Assembly (NCBI GenBank): GCA_964016885.1
Contig: OZ024747.1
Span: 558,001 to 622,000 of the forward strand
Length of the DNA: 64,000 bases
Reading direction: 5' to 3'
Source: Eledone cirrhosa
Lineage: Eukaryota
This document shows positions 25,978-40,900 of the stretch, piece after piece. Below the pieces are notes generated by a model. That model was not told the DNA's origin. It ran no database searches and saw only the letters and a program-made list of their open reading frames with translations. Every line of letters begins with the position of its first letter. The first letter of the stretch is position 1. The translations under genes were made by a program, and so were the position numbers.

Positions 25978-28900
25978 TAGGTGATTCAGTGAATTACTGG
26001 CAGTATCAAAATAAACACTCAATGCACAGGCAGAGTATATATATTTGAAATACTATATTATATATCTCATATACTATATTATATATATATAAATATAATA
26101 TTACATATCTCAAAAGTATACTGCACATATGTATCTAGTTTAGGATAGGTACACCATATCCCTATGTAGGGGTATGGTGTACCTATTCTAAACTGGATAC
26201 ACACAGCCAAAAATGATTTAATTAAAAAAACAAAACAAATATTAAGCACTGCCAAATAAATAATCTTACCAATCCCACAGTTCTTCATTTCAGTAAAAAC
26301 TTTATGTGCAATTTCTCGGCACTTGCCATAACGGGTCATTCGGGAAAGACTGCTTAGAACTGCATTAAATGTGGACAGGCTCGGTTGCAAATTGGAAGAT
26401 TTCATATGTTTCAAAAGTTTCTAAAATTTAATTTCAAAACAATGAAATAAATAAATAAAATAATAATATATTAAAATACATATAAAAATGAAAAAACTCA
26501 TCGCTAGAACAGCCGTTAAAACAGTTAAATGCTGTCAAAGACAGTGATGGGCAAAAATGCCTCAGAGGACAGAGACCAGCGGCCAGTGGTTAATAGAGAG
26601 ACAATCCACAAGGTGGGTGACAAGCAGATGAAATATAATGTCTCAGAAGACAGGGACCAGCAGCCAGTGGTCAACAGAGAGACAATCCACATGATGAGAT
26701 GGTGTGAGTTAAGGAAAATTTGGCTGTTATTTTTAGCAGACTGAACAGCTCCATTGTTGGAAAGTGGTTCTGTTAAAAAATAGTAAGGATGTGGTGAAAC
26801 TTGTGGTCAAATACACAAATACAGGTACTGGCATAGGTGTTTAGTTAAGAACTTTACTTCACAATGATGTGGTTTGGGTTTCTATCTCACTGCATGGCAC
26901 CTTGGATGTCTTCTACTATAGCTTCAAGCCTACCAATGCTTTGTGAGTGAATTTGATAGACTAAAACTGTAAGAAAGCCTGTATGTAATTATGTTTGTTT
27001 GTCTCTGCTCTCTTTGCATATGACATCGTTAACAGTGGTTTTTGTTTATGTTTCAACTAAACAGAGACCCTACTGTTCAGTAGTTACACATGCAGAGATC
27101 TGTATGTATGGACCCATAACTGCTGAGGGAGTCATAGGGGCACCATATTTAGATATGGCATTTTTAAACCTGGCAGAGCACATCCCCTCTCCAGGTCTGA
27201 ATACAGTAGATTTCTTCTGGAGATGAATAAAGAGAGTGACAGAAAGGAAATGAGAAAGAGATATAGAGGAAGAATCGACCCCAGTACTTGACTGGTACTT
27301 TTTTTATCGACCTTGAAAGGATGAAAGGCAAAGTTGACCTCAGCAGGATTTGAACTCAGAGAGGTGAAAGCCGAAACAAATACCGCAAAGCATTCTACCT
27401 GACATTCTAACGACTGCCAATTTGCCCCCTGCAAAGATCTGTACCTTGCTTTAAAAAAGAAAGTGATAATAATAAATGTGGCTTGTTATCAAGAAAGATG
27501 TCCATCTGTAGGAATTCTGCCTCAAAACGTCTTATCCAACCCAGAGAAGTATGAATAGAAAACCAAACATAAAACTGATGATGATGTTAAGATGGTTACT
27601 CACAAGAATGAGATTCCATTTTGAGAAATGGGAATCACCATGAAAGACGGCAATCTGGAGAAGGCTGTTGTAAGTTGATACATTCACTGAAAAACAAAAA
27701 CAAAAAATGAGCCAGTAACATCAACAAGGCTGTTGTACCGCATATATAGGGTGTAAGCTGATCTGAATATAAACCAACTCCCCTCTACACACACATACTA
27801 TTTTATGTCTGAAAAATGAGCAAACAACATATGTGATATGCCATTATATTTATATAGGATTATATAAACTCACAAAAGGAGAGAATATTTTTATGAAGTT
27901 TTAATATTTTGATACCTAAAATGTTTTTAAATGTTGTTTGGAGTATATTTTTTGTTTCATAATCCTTTTTTACCATTTCATCTATTTTAACAAGTTTTTG
28001 ACAGTAGGTCTACTGAATGAGGATTGACCTGGGGCTAAATAATTTAGTTTCTGATGTTTTGGTACTTTATTTTATTGACCACGTAAGGATGAAAGGTAAA
28101 GCTAACTGTGGCAGGATTTGGACTCAGGACATAAAGGGCTGTAACTATATACCACAAAGCATGTTCTCCAATGCTCTAGCAATTACTGCCCTCCTGCAGC
28201 TAAAAAACAATAACACTTCCCTTTATAAGAATTAAAAAGGGATGTAAACCATCACAAGCCAGTTATCTCAGTGATAATGTACTAATAAGAGGCTGGCCCT
28301 CTATGGAGTCATTCAATCTAGTAGAAATAGTAGCTAAATCTCCCTTATACTGTACTGTTATTAACAAATATAAAAGACACATTGGAAACTATACTTCTAG
28401 TTACATAATGTCTCAATAAAAAACAGGATGGTCATTGCTGGAATATCTTTGATCATAAGTTTGCTGAATCAAGATAATGGCAATGACGATGATGATTATG
28501 ATGATGATAGTAATGATTATGATGATGATTATGGTGGTGATGATGATTATGGTGGTGATGATTATGATTATGATGATTATGATAATGATGATGATGATGA
28601 TGATTATGGTGATGGTGATGATGATGATGATGACTATGGTGATGGTGATGATGATGGTGATGATTATGGCAATGATTATGGTATTGATGATGATTATGGT
28701 GATGATGGTGATGATGATGAAGATGATGATTATAGTGATGGTGATGATGGAGTAAGAGAAAGTAAATGTCTTACATGGCAACTTCTCCATTTCATCATAG
28801 AGACCAAAAGCCCGATCTGTGTTATAATACTGCAATAAAAGACGAGGAAAAATGAAGATGTTCTCTGAAAAAGTGTCAAGCTACATTTAAAATAAATAGA

Positions 28901-31900
28901 AACACTAAATTCTAACAGTTCTCTCAACAATTCTATACTTTGTTCTTTGTTTTGTTGGGGGGGGGGGGGGGGTTATCAAGATCACAAGCTGTGGATGGTT
29001 AAGTGAATAGTGTCCACTAGACATCAACAGAGCACATCTGGTAACTACCACAGTCATTATGTTTATAGAAGGTGGTAGTTTGGTAGAATTGCTAGATACT
29101 ATAGAGAGCCAGAGATAACAACTGTCCCTAGTTAGATACTATATATATAGAGCCAGAGATAACAACTGTCCCTAGTTAGATACTATATATAGAGAGCCAG
29201 AGATAACAACTGTCTCTAGTTAGATACTATATATATACTATTATAAAATAACCTTCTCTTCTCCCTCCTATTCTTCACCCCCCCCCCCCCCCTATATCCT
29301 GCTGGTTCTCTCTCAATCCCTTCCTCTCTCTCCAAATATAAAATAAACCTGTTGCGAGTACGAAACTCAGAATTCGTCAACCCCTTATTTCAGGCTAGGC
29401 TGCTGCTCGCTCGCTCAGCGTAATGTAACGTACAAATGCTCTTTTCTTTACTCTTCTCTCCATTTTTTCCACGGTCCATTCATCTATCTGTATCATTTCG
29501 TCCAGAATCCAATCTTTGCTTTTTCAATGCTATTCGATAATTCTGTCTGATTGTTCAAAACACTCTTCTTGTATTTTTAAATTGCCATAATTCTTCTCTT
29601 ATTATTATATATGCTTATTATTATATATGCTTGTTCAATTATGCCCAAAATTCGAGGATTTTATTTAAACCTTCTCGCTAACTACCCCATATCCTTCCCA
29701 CCCGCCCCCACTCTCCACCATTATTACGTGGACCAATCATAAGTCAGCGGCCTATGCTATCACTTCTTAAGTTTAGACATGGTTGCCTTTCGATATGATG
29801 GATGGACTACGGAATTCTGGAGAGTTTGAAAAGAAAAAATCTGGACACTCAGTGACAATGCCAAAGATAAAGACAAATTCACCTCATGCTGCCGGACAAG
29901 AATGCAAGGACTCCTCCTCTTTATTTTGGCCGCGGATGGCTAACATAACCCCCATCCCATCCCCCCCCCCCCACCCCTGCGCCCCACCCTCCAAACGCAA
30001 TCCAAAACTTCAGAGTTGGTACAATGAATGTAGGCACCTTAAAAAGTTGCTCTAACGAGGTCGTAGAAATGCTTGAACGTAAGGAAGTTGATGTCTGCTG
30101 TATTCAAAAGACCAGATGGAGGGGTGGGTCTGCTAGATTCATTGTGGGTAAAAAACGATGCTATAAGCTTTTCTGGGTGGGAAATGACAATGGGCTGGGT
30201 GGAGCAGGAATCATGGTAGCAGAAAAGTGGGCAGATAAGATAATAGACGCAAATAGAGTGAACGAAAAAATAATTAAAATAAGACATGTCCTCAATAGAA
30301 CTACTGTGACAATAATATCTGCATATGCACCCCAATCCGGACTGCCTGGCGTTATAAAAGACAGATTCTATGAGTCGTTAATGCTCACTACCTCCCAAAT
30401 AACCGACAGTGACTACATAATTATCGCTGGCGACCTAAATGGTCACGTTGGACAACATTGTGACGGCTATGACGGAATCCATGGAGGCTATGGGTTTGGT
30501 ACTAGAAATGAGGAAGGCTCCAGAATCCTGGAATTCTGTGACGCAAATAACCTAACTATCTGTAACACTAACTCCAAAAAACAAGACAATCACTTGATCA
30601 CCTATAGATCAGGGGAACACACCAGCCAGATAGATTATATCCTTACCAGAAGACGTGACAGAGTGTCTGTTGTAACACTAAATCCCTCCCCCATGAAGAA
30701 TGCACCTCTCAACGTAGACTCATAATTAACGACCTCATAGTCAGGACGTACTCAACAATAGAGGAGGACTATCCTCATGAAAAAAATATGGAAGCTAAAG
30801 GACCCCACAGCCAGTAATAAATTTAAAAGCATATTACTTAATGCTTTTGATAGTAAGGATGAGCAATTAGAGTCGTACAATATAGAGGAACAGTGGGAAT
30901 TTCTGAAAGCTAACCTGCTGAAGGCGACAGATGAAATCCGTGGCTGGAGCAGACCTATAGGCAGGAGGAGAGTAACTTGGTGGTGGAACAGTAAGGTGGA
31001 GGAGTCAATCAAGGCCAAAAAGCAGGCTTGGAAAGTATGGCGGGATGGGGGAAGTAGAGAAGACTATCAAGTGGCCAGGAGGGAAGCTAGGAGACAAGTG
31101 TACTTGCCATCACTGACGCTGATAAGAAGGTAGCTTGGAAGTGTTACTACGAAAGGCTACTAAATGAGGAGAATAAATGGGAGAAAGACAGTCTCCCTCA
31201 CATCGATCCAATAGAGGGACCAGCAGTGCAAGTTGAAGGTAGTATAATAGGTAAGGCGATCAAAGATATGAAGACAGGGAAGGCGGCTGGGCCTTCAGAA
31301 ATAGTTGCTGAAATGCTGAAAGCATCTGGAACAGTGGGACACACTATGGTCACGCGGATAGTAAACCAAGTCATACAGAATGGGGTCGTTCCGAAGGACT
31401 GGCATAGCAGCATCATCATTAACTGCTACAAGGGTAAAGGAGATGCCCTAGATAGGGGAAACTATAGAGGCATTAAATTAATTGACCAGGTCATGAAGGT
31501 CACAGAAAAAGTAATAGCGCAACTAATCAGAGAGCGAATTGATCTAGATGAAATGCAGTTCGGGTTTGTGTCAGGTAAAAGTACCACAGATGCTCTTTTC
31601 ATTGTACGACAACTACAGGAGAAGTACCTAGCTAAAAGTAAACCCCTATACTTAGCTTTTGTTGACTTGGAGAAAGCCTTTGACAGAGTCCCCCGCTCCA
31701 TTATCTGGTGGACTCTTAGAAAATTAGGTGTTGATGAATGGCTTGTGAGAGCTATACAAGCCATGTATAAAGAAACAGTCAGTAAGGTTAGAATTAACAA
31801 CAAATATAGTGAAGAGTTTAGCGTAAAAGTTGGTGTTCATCAGGGCTCCGTTCTTAGCCCCCTACTATTTATTATCGCCCTTCAGGCTATAACAGAGGAG

Positions 31901-34900
31901 TTCAAGACCGGCTGCCCATGGGAACTCCTATACGCAGATGATCTAACACCCATAGCTGAATCAATGGCTGAACTAGAGAAGAAATTCCAAACATGGAAGC
32001 ATGGCCTAGAATCAACCTGTCTGAGACCAAAGTTCTAGTTTGTAGGAAGGAAAATAGGGCACTGGTCCCATCTGGGAAATAGCCATGCTCAGTGTGTAGG
32101 AAAGGAGTAGGCAGAAACTCCATTTTATGTCCCAAATGCAAAGTATGGGTGCATAAAATATGTAGTGGGATCACAGGTAAGCTAACTAAGAATATGGATT
32201 TTATATGTGGCCGGTGCTCAGGTGCAATAAGTAGCAGCAAGTGCCTACAGAATACTAGCTCATTCCATTGCACAGATGGTTCTATAGAAATAGTGGACAC
32301 CTTCCGTTACCTGGGTGACAAAATCAGCAGTGGTGGAGGGTGCTCTGAAAGTACAGTAGCTAGAGTCAGAACGGGATGGAAAAAGTTCAGAGAGCTATAC
32401 CACTATTGGCCGCTAAAGGGTTCTCTCTAAAAATGAAAGGAAGGCTGTATGATGCCTGCATACGAACAGCAATGTTACATGGCAGTGAGACTTGGGCATT
32501 GTGTGCAGAGGATATATGCAGACTAGAGAGGAACGAAGCTTGCATGCTCCGTGGGATGTGTAATAGTAATATACGTGAACGGCAAAGCATAAATGAACTA
32601 AGGGAGAAATTAGGAATAAGAGGGATCAGATGCTGTTTACTCGAGAGAAGACTACGTTGGTATGGTCACGTGATGCGATTGAAAGACGACAGCTGTATAA
32701 AAAAGTGCAGGGCGATAAAAATAGACGGTAGCCATGGAGTAGGCAGACCCAGAAAAACCTTGATAAATTCCGACCTCACACACTTACACCTCTCCAAGAC
32801 AATGTCACTGGACCGAGATCTTTGGCGCTACACAGTAATACAGAAGACCCGCCTTGCCTAAGTACAAAGCGAAACCTACAGTTAGTAGGCACCTCTTAAC
32901 AAAAAATACACCCCCGTCCCACTACTCCCACCCACCCCTTTCGATGTAAAGTTATGTTGGTACCACAACATCCAGTCCGAAATAAATGAGGTCATGTAGG
33001 TGTCACGACAAAAAAAGACAGTCCACGCTGTAATGTGGCCGCGTAGGTAACACGGTAAAAACCTGCCAGTCCACACTGTAAACATGGTTGCTGTTAGGAA
33101 GGGCATCCAGCCGTAGAAAACCCGCCAGACAGTCCCGAGCAAGACAACCAATCTTGCCTCAAGTGGGAAAATTCCCGTCCAAACCCATGCAAGCACGGAA
33201 GATAGACGTTAAACAATGATGATGATGATGATAGAGCCAGAGATAATAACTGTCCATTGTTAGATACTATATAGAGAGCCAGAGTTAATAACTGTCCCTA
33301 GTTAGATACTATATATATATAGAGCCAGAGATAATAACTGTCCCTAGTTAGATACTATATATATATAGAGCCAGAGATAATAACTGTCCCTAGTTAGATA
33401 CTATATATATAGAGCCAGAGATAATAACTGTCCCTAGTTAGATACTATATATATATAGAGCCAGAGATAATAACTGTCTCTAGTTAGATACTATATATAG
33501 AGAGCCAGAGATAATAACTGTCCCTCGTTAGATACTATATAGAGAGAGCCAGAGATAATAACTGTCTCTAGTTAGATACTATATATAGAGAGCCAGAGAT
33601 AATAACTGTCCCTAGTTAGATACTATATATAGAGAGCCAGAGATAATAACTGTCCCTCGTTAGATACTATATATAGAGAGCCAGAGATAATAACTGTCCT
33701 TAGTTAGATACTATATATAGAGAGCCAGACATAATAACTGTCTCTAGTTAGATACTATATATAGCCAGAGATAATAACTGTCCCTAGTTAGATACTATAT
33801 ATAAAGCCAGAGATAATAACTGTCCCTAGTTAGATACTATATATAGAGCCAGAGATAATAACTGTCACTAGTTAGATACTATATATATATAGAGCCAGAG
33901 ATAATAACTGTCCCCAGTCAGATACTAAATATATATAGAGCCAGTGATAATAACTGTCCCTAGTTAGATACTATATATAGAGAGCCAGAGATAATAACTG
34001 TCCCTAGTTAGATACTATATATAGAGAGCCAGAGATAATAACTGTCTCTAGTTAGATACTATATATAGAGCCAGAGATAATAACAGTCCCTAGTTAGTTA
34101 TATATATAGAGCCAGAGATAATAACTGTCCCTAGTTAGATACTATATATATAGAGCCAGAGATAATAACTGTCCCTAGTTAGATACTATATAGAGCCAGA
34201 GATAATAACTGTCCCTAGTTACATACTATATATAGAGAGAGACAGAGAAAATAACTGTCCTTAGTTAGATACTATATATAGAGCCAGAGATAATAACTGT
34301 CCCTAGTTAGACACTATATATATAGAGCCAGAGATAATAACTGTCCCTAGTTAGATACTATATATAGCCAGAGATAATAACTGTCCCTAGTTAGATACTA
34401 TATATAGCCAGAGATAATAACTGTCTCTAGTTATATACTATATATAGAGAGAGACAGAGATAATAACTGTCCCTAGTTAGTTATATATATAGAGCCAGAG
34501 ATAATAACTGTCCCTAGTTAGAAACTATATATAGAGAGCCAGAGATAATAACTGTCCCTAGTTAGATATATATATAGAGCCAGAGATAATAATTGTCCCT
34601 AGTTAGATACACTATATAGAGCCAGAGATAATAACTGTCCCTAGTTAGATACTATATATAGAGCCAGAGATAATAACTGTCCCTAGTCAGATACTATATA
34701 TATAGAGCCAGATATAATAACTGTCCCTAGTTAGATACACTATATAGAGCCAGAGATAACTGTCCCTAGTTAGATACTATATAGAACCAAAGATAATACC
34801 TGTCCCTAGTTAGATACTATATAGAGCCAAAGATAATAACTGTCCCTAGTTAGATACTATATAGAGCCAGAGATAACTGTCCCTAGTTAGATACTATATA

Positions 34901-37900
34901 GAGCCAGAGATAATAACTGTCCCCAGTTAGATACTATATAGAGAGCCAGAGATAATAACTGTCCCTAGTTAGATACTATATATATAGAGCCAGAGATAAT
35001 AACTGTCCCTAGTTAGATACTATATATAGAGAGCCAGAGATAATAACTGTCCCTAGTTAGATACTATATATAGAGAGCCAGAGATAATAACTGTCCCTAG
35101 TTAGATACTATATAGAGCCAGAAATAATAACTGTCCCTAGTTAGATGCTATATATAGAGCCAGAGATAATAACTGTCCCTAGTTAGATACTATATATAGA
35201 GAGCCAGAGATAATAACTGTCCCTAGTTACATACTATATATAGAGCCAGAGATAATAACTGTCCCTAGTTACATACTATATATAGAGAGAGACAGAGAAA
35301 ATAACTGTCCTTAGTTAGATACTATATATAGAGCCAGAGATAATAACTGTCCCTAGTTAGATACTATATATAGCCAGAGATAATAACTGTCCCTAGTTAG
35401 ATACTATATATAGCCAGAGATAATAACTGTCTCTAGTTATATACTATATATAGAGAGAGACAGAGATAATAACTGTCCCTAGTTAGTTATATATATAGAG
35501 CCAGAGATAATAACTGTCCCTAGTTAGAAACTATATATAGAGAGCCAGAGATAATAACTGTCCCTAGTTAGATACTATATAGAGCCAAAAATAATACCTG
35601 TCCCTAGTTAGATACTATATAGAGCCAAAGATAATAACTGTCCCTAGTTAGATACTATATAGAGCCAAAGATAATAACTCTCCCTAGTTAGATACTATAT
35701 AGAGCCAGAGATAACTGTCCCTAGTTAGATACTATATAGAGCCAGAGATAATAACTGTCCCTAGTTAGATACTATATAGAGCCAAAGATAATAACTGTCC
35801 CTAGTTAGATACTATATAGAGCCAGAGATAACTGTCCCTAGTTAGATACTATATAGACCAGAGATAATAACTGTCCCTAGTTAAATACTATATATAGAGA
35901 GCCAGACATAATAACTGTCCCTAGTTAGAAACTATATATAGAGAGCCAGAGATAATAACTGTCTCTAGTTAGATACTATATAGAGCCAGAAATAATAACT
36001 GTCCCCAGTTAGATACTATATATAGAGAGCCAGAGATAATAACTGTCCCTAGTTAGATACTATATATAGAGCCAGAGATAATAACTGTCCCTAGTTAGAT
36101 ACTATATAAACAGCCAGAGATAATAACTGTCTCTAGTTAGATACTATATATAGAGCCAGAGATAATAACTGTCCCTAGTTAGATACTATATATAGAGCCA
36201 AAGATAATAACTGTCCCTAGTTAGATACTATATAGAGCCAGAGATAACTGTCCCTAGTTAGATACTATATAGAGCCAGAGATAATAACTGTCCCTAGTTA
36301 AATACTATATATAGAGAGCCAGAGATAATAACTGTCCCTAGTTAGAAACTATATATAGAGAGCCAGAGATAATAACTGTCCCTAGTTACATATTATATAT
36401 AGAGAGAGACAGAGATAATAACTGTCCTTAGTTAGATACTATATATAGAGCCAGAGATAATAACTGTCCCTAGTTAGATACTATATATAGAGAGCCAGAG
36501 ATAATAACTGTCCCTAGTTAGATACTATATAGAGCCAGAGATAATAACTGTCCCTAGTTAGATACACTATATAGAGCCAGAGATAATAACTGTCCCTAGT
36601 TAGATACTATATATAGAGCCAGAGATAATAACTGTCTCTAGTTAGATACTATATATAGAGCCAGAGATAATAACTGTCCCTAGTTAGATACACTATATAG
36701 AGCCAGAGATAATAACTGTCCCTAGTTAGATACTATATATAGAGCCAGAGATAATAACTGTCCCTAGTTAGATACTATATATATCTAGAGATAATAACTG
36801 TCCCTAGTTAGCTACTATATATAGCCAGAGATAAGAACTGTCCCTAGTTAGATACTATATATAGAGCCAGAGATAATAACAGTCCCTAGTTAGATACTAT
36901 ATATATAGAGCCAGAGATAATAACTGTCCCTAGTTAGATACACTATATAGAGCCAGAGATAATAACTGTCCTTAGTTAGATACTATATATAGAGCCAGAG
37001 ATAATAACTGTCCCTAATCAGATACTATATATATAGAGCCAGATATAATAACTGTCCCTAGTTAGATACACTATATAGAGCCAGAGATAATAACTGTCCC
37101 TAGTTAGATACTATATATAGAGCCAGAGATAATAACTGTCCCTAGTTAGATACTATATATAGAGCCAGAGATAATAACTGTCCCTAGTTAGATACTATAT
37201 AGAGCCAAAGATAATAACTGTCCCTAGTTAGATACTATATATAGAGCCAGAGATAACTGTCCCTAGTTAGATACTATATATAGAGCCAGAGATAATAAAC
37301 TGTCCCTAGTTAGATACTATATATAGAGAGCCAGAGATAATAACTGTCCCTAGTTAGAAACTATATATAGAGAGCCAGAGATAATAACTGTCCCTAGTAA
37401 GATACTATATATAGAGAGCCAGAGATAATAACTGTCCCTAGTTAGATACTATATAGAGCCAGAAATAATAACTGTCCCCAGTTAGATACTATATATAGAA
37501 AGCCAGAGATAATAACTGTCCCTAGTTAGATACTATATATAGAGAGCCAGAGATAATAACTGTCCCTAGTTACATACTATATATAGAGAGAGACAGAGAT
37601 AATAACTGTCCTTAGTTAGATACTATATATAGAGCCAGAGATAATAACGGTCCCTAGTTAGATACTATATATAGCCAGAGATAATAACTGTCCCTAGTTA
37701 GACACTATATATAGAGAGCCAGAGATAATAACTGTCCCTAGTTAGATACACTATATAGAGCCAGAGATAATAACTGTCCCTAGTTAGATACTATATATAG
37801 AGCCAGATATAATAACTGTCCCTAGTTAGAAACTATATATAGAGCCAGAGATAATAACTGTCCCTAGTTAGATACTATATATAGCCTGAGATAATAACTG

Positions 37901-40900
37901 TCCCTAGTTAGATACTATATATATAGAGCCAGAGATAATAACTGTCCCTAGTTAGATACTATATAGAGCCAGAGATAATAACAGTCCCTAGTTAGATACT
38001 ATATATATCTAGAGATAATAACTGTCCCTAGTTAGCTACTATATATAGCCAGAGATAAGAACTCTCCCTAGTTAGATACTATATATAGAGCCAGAGATAA
38101 TAACTGTCCCTAGTTAGATACTATATAGAGCCAGAGATAACTGTCCCTAGTTAGATACTATATAGAGCCAAAAATAATAATTGTCCCTAGTTAGATACTA
38201 TATATATAGAGCCAGAGATAATAACTGTCCCTAGTTAGATACTCTATATAGAGAGCCAGAGATAATAACTGTCCCTAGTTACATACTATATATAGAGAGA
38301 GACAGAGATAATAACTGTCCTTAGTTAGATACTATATATAGAGCCAGAGATAATAACGGTCCCTAGTTAGATACTATATATAGCCAGAGATAATAACTGT
38401 CCCTAGTTAGACACTATATATAGAGAGCCAGAGATAATAACTGTCCCTAGTTAGATACACTATATAGAGCCAGAGATAATAACTGTCCCTAGTTAGATAC
38501 TATATATAGAGCCAGATATAATAACTGTCCCTAGTTAGAAACTATATATAGAGCCAGAGATAATAACTGTCCCTAGTTAGATACTATATATAGCCAGAGA
38601 TAATAACTGTCCCTAGTTAGACACTATATATAGAGAGCCAGAGATAATAACTGTCCCTAGTTAGATACTATATAGAGCCAGAGATAATAACAGTCCCTAG
38701 TTAGAAACTATATATAGAGCCAGAGATAATAACTGTCCCTAGTTAGCTACTATATATAGCCAGAGATAAGAACTCTCCCTAGTTAGATACTATATATAGA
38801 GCCAGAGATAATAACTGTCCCTAGTTAGATACTATATAGAGCCAAAGATAACTGTCCCTAGTTAGATACTATATAGAGCCAAAAATAATAATTGTCCCTA
38901 GTTAGATACTATATATATAGAGCCAGAGATAATAACTGTTCCTAGTTAGATACTATAGAGCCAAAGATAAGACACCTGGCAATGATTAGAGATAAAACTG
39001 TGTAGATTCCAATATTGCATCTTCTGGAACTGGCCTGGCTTCTATGACACAATTTTACATTTATAACTAAACCTCCCACCATAATTTTATATTAGCCTTT
39101 GTTTATTTCCATATGAGAGAATTACTTATATTCCTAATGCCTACAGTAAACAAAATATTAAAATGCTATATCTACCTTTGCTGCACCTTGAATTAATGCA
39201 CAATAGGCTTCAGGTGTTTTCTCTTTCATTTCATTAAATATATTCTCTGCAAAACCTTCAAGTCTGAAAATTATTTTAATATTTCATTTAAATTTCTTTT
39301 TTTTAAATTTGTAATTTATAAGAAATTTTGTTTTTTACTGAAAAACAATTTTTGGAATTTCCTTATCCCACCTTTTTGTTTTTTTCATTAAAAAAAAAAG
39401 AACAATTTAAATAATGATTTCTCATAAAGGTAATGTCAGTGCCATGATAAACAGCACTCAGAACACTCTGTAAAGTGGTAGTGCCAGTGCCACAATAAAA
39501 TGTACACACATGGCTTATTTTCAAGTCTGCTACTTATTTCATCAATCTCTGTTTATTGAAACTGATAAGTTATAGGCCATAAATAAACAGTATTGGTTGA
39601 TAAGTGGTGTAGATATAAACACTCACCAGTACTGGGGTCAGTATAATTGACTAAAACTTTTGAAAGCACTGCCCCAACATGGCCAAAGTCAACTTACCTG
39701 AAACCAGTAAATGAAAAAAAGAATGTACATGTGAAAAAGTTAAACTTATTGCATAATTATCAGTGTTGTTAATGTTTTAAAAAGGTAATAGCATTAAAAA
39801 TTTTAAAAAAAGATGGAGTAACAGATGAAGACCAGAAAGAAGAGGAGACACAGAAGAGAACAACAGAGTCATTGAAGAGGTCATATAATGTGTGATGAAA
39901 GATATTAGACAAACTAACCAATAATTAGTAAGATAAAGTGAAAAAGTGAAAATCATATGGTGCATGTGTTTCTTTTTATTAAACATTAATGTTATAAGGA
40001 TTATACATACTTCCACGTATTCTTGAGAGCTTTTTGTTGCCTGAAATTATCGAGAATATCCCGTTGATAAAAATGCTCTTCAGAACACAGAGGTGCTACT
40101 GGGTTTTCACAGTTATATATACAGATCAGATCAAATAATTGATGGAACACATCGGAAGAAACTGTTGCTCCTGGAAGAAAATAAGATAAAATACAAATTG
40201 TAAATAGTTAACTAGTGAATGCTTAGGGTTGTACAAAACTGCCGTCAATGTATTACTAATGAAAGTTTATACAGAAACTTGCCCACAATAACAACTACAG
40301 TTACAATTCGCAGGACATTGCTAGAGAAGTAAGCAGGAAGTTATACATAAGTTACTACTGTGGGAACCAACTCATGGTAGACACAGTAGAGGAAGACCTG
40401 CTCAAACCTTCATTAATCAACTCTCAGAGGATACAAACCTCAGTAAGAAGCTGTTGCCAGGAGCAATGGAACATCGTGAATTGTGGAGAGATGTCAGGAA
40501 TATTCAACAAAACTGTTCTTAGAGATACCAAAGATTACCTTTAGTAAGTATTCTTTTGTAGACTGAAATAGCACTGGTCACTCTTCGTAGCTTGATACAT
40601 TCCAACAAAATCGATTCATCTGCTGTAGCTTGGCCAAAACTTTTCTCTTTATCAGGCATGAATCCCTAAACACAGTAAAATAAAGTAAATAAATGACAGG
40701 CAGACAGACAAATGATATAGAATTGTCAGACCTGCTTGTAAAATTTATGTGCAGGTGGCTGAGCATTTCACAGACACATTCACCTTTAACATAGTTCTTA
40801 GAGAGATTCAGCATGATAGAGCGTTTTATAAAGCTGGCCCCTTAAATAACAAGTACAACTCATTTTTGCCAGTAACAAGAAATAAAGTGTCTTGCTCATG

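Noticed and set aside
28413-28838. Asp-rich and Ile-rich ORFs
   Set aside because: (GAT)n microsatellite next to PTCD3 exon 10.
33231-38970. Regular ~40-bp repeats resembling a CRISPR array
   Set aside because: There are no unique spacers (only variable TA runs), no cas genes, and the context is a eukaryotic intron; this is a satellite.
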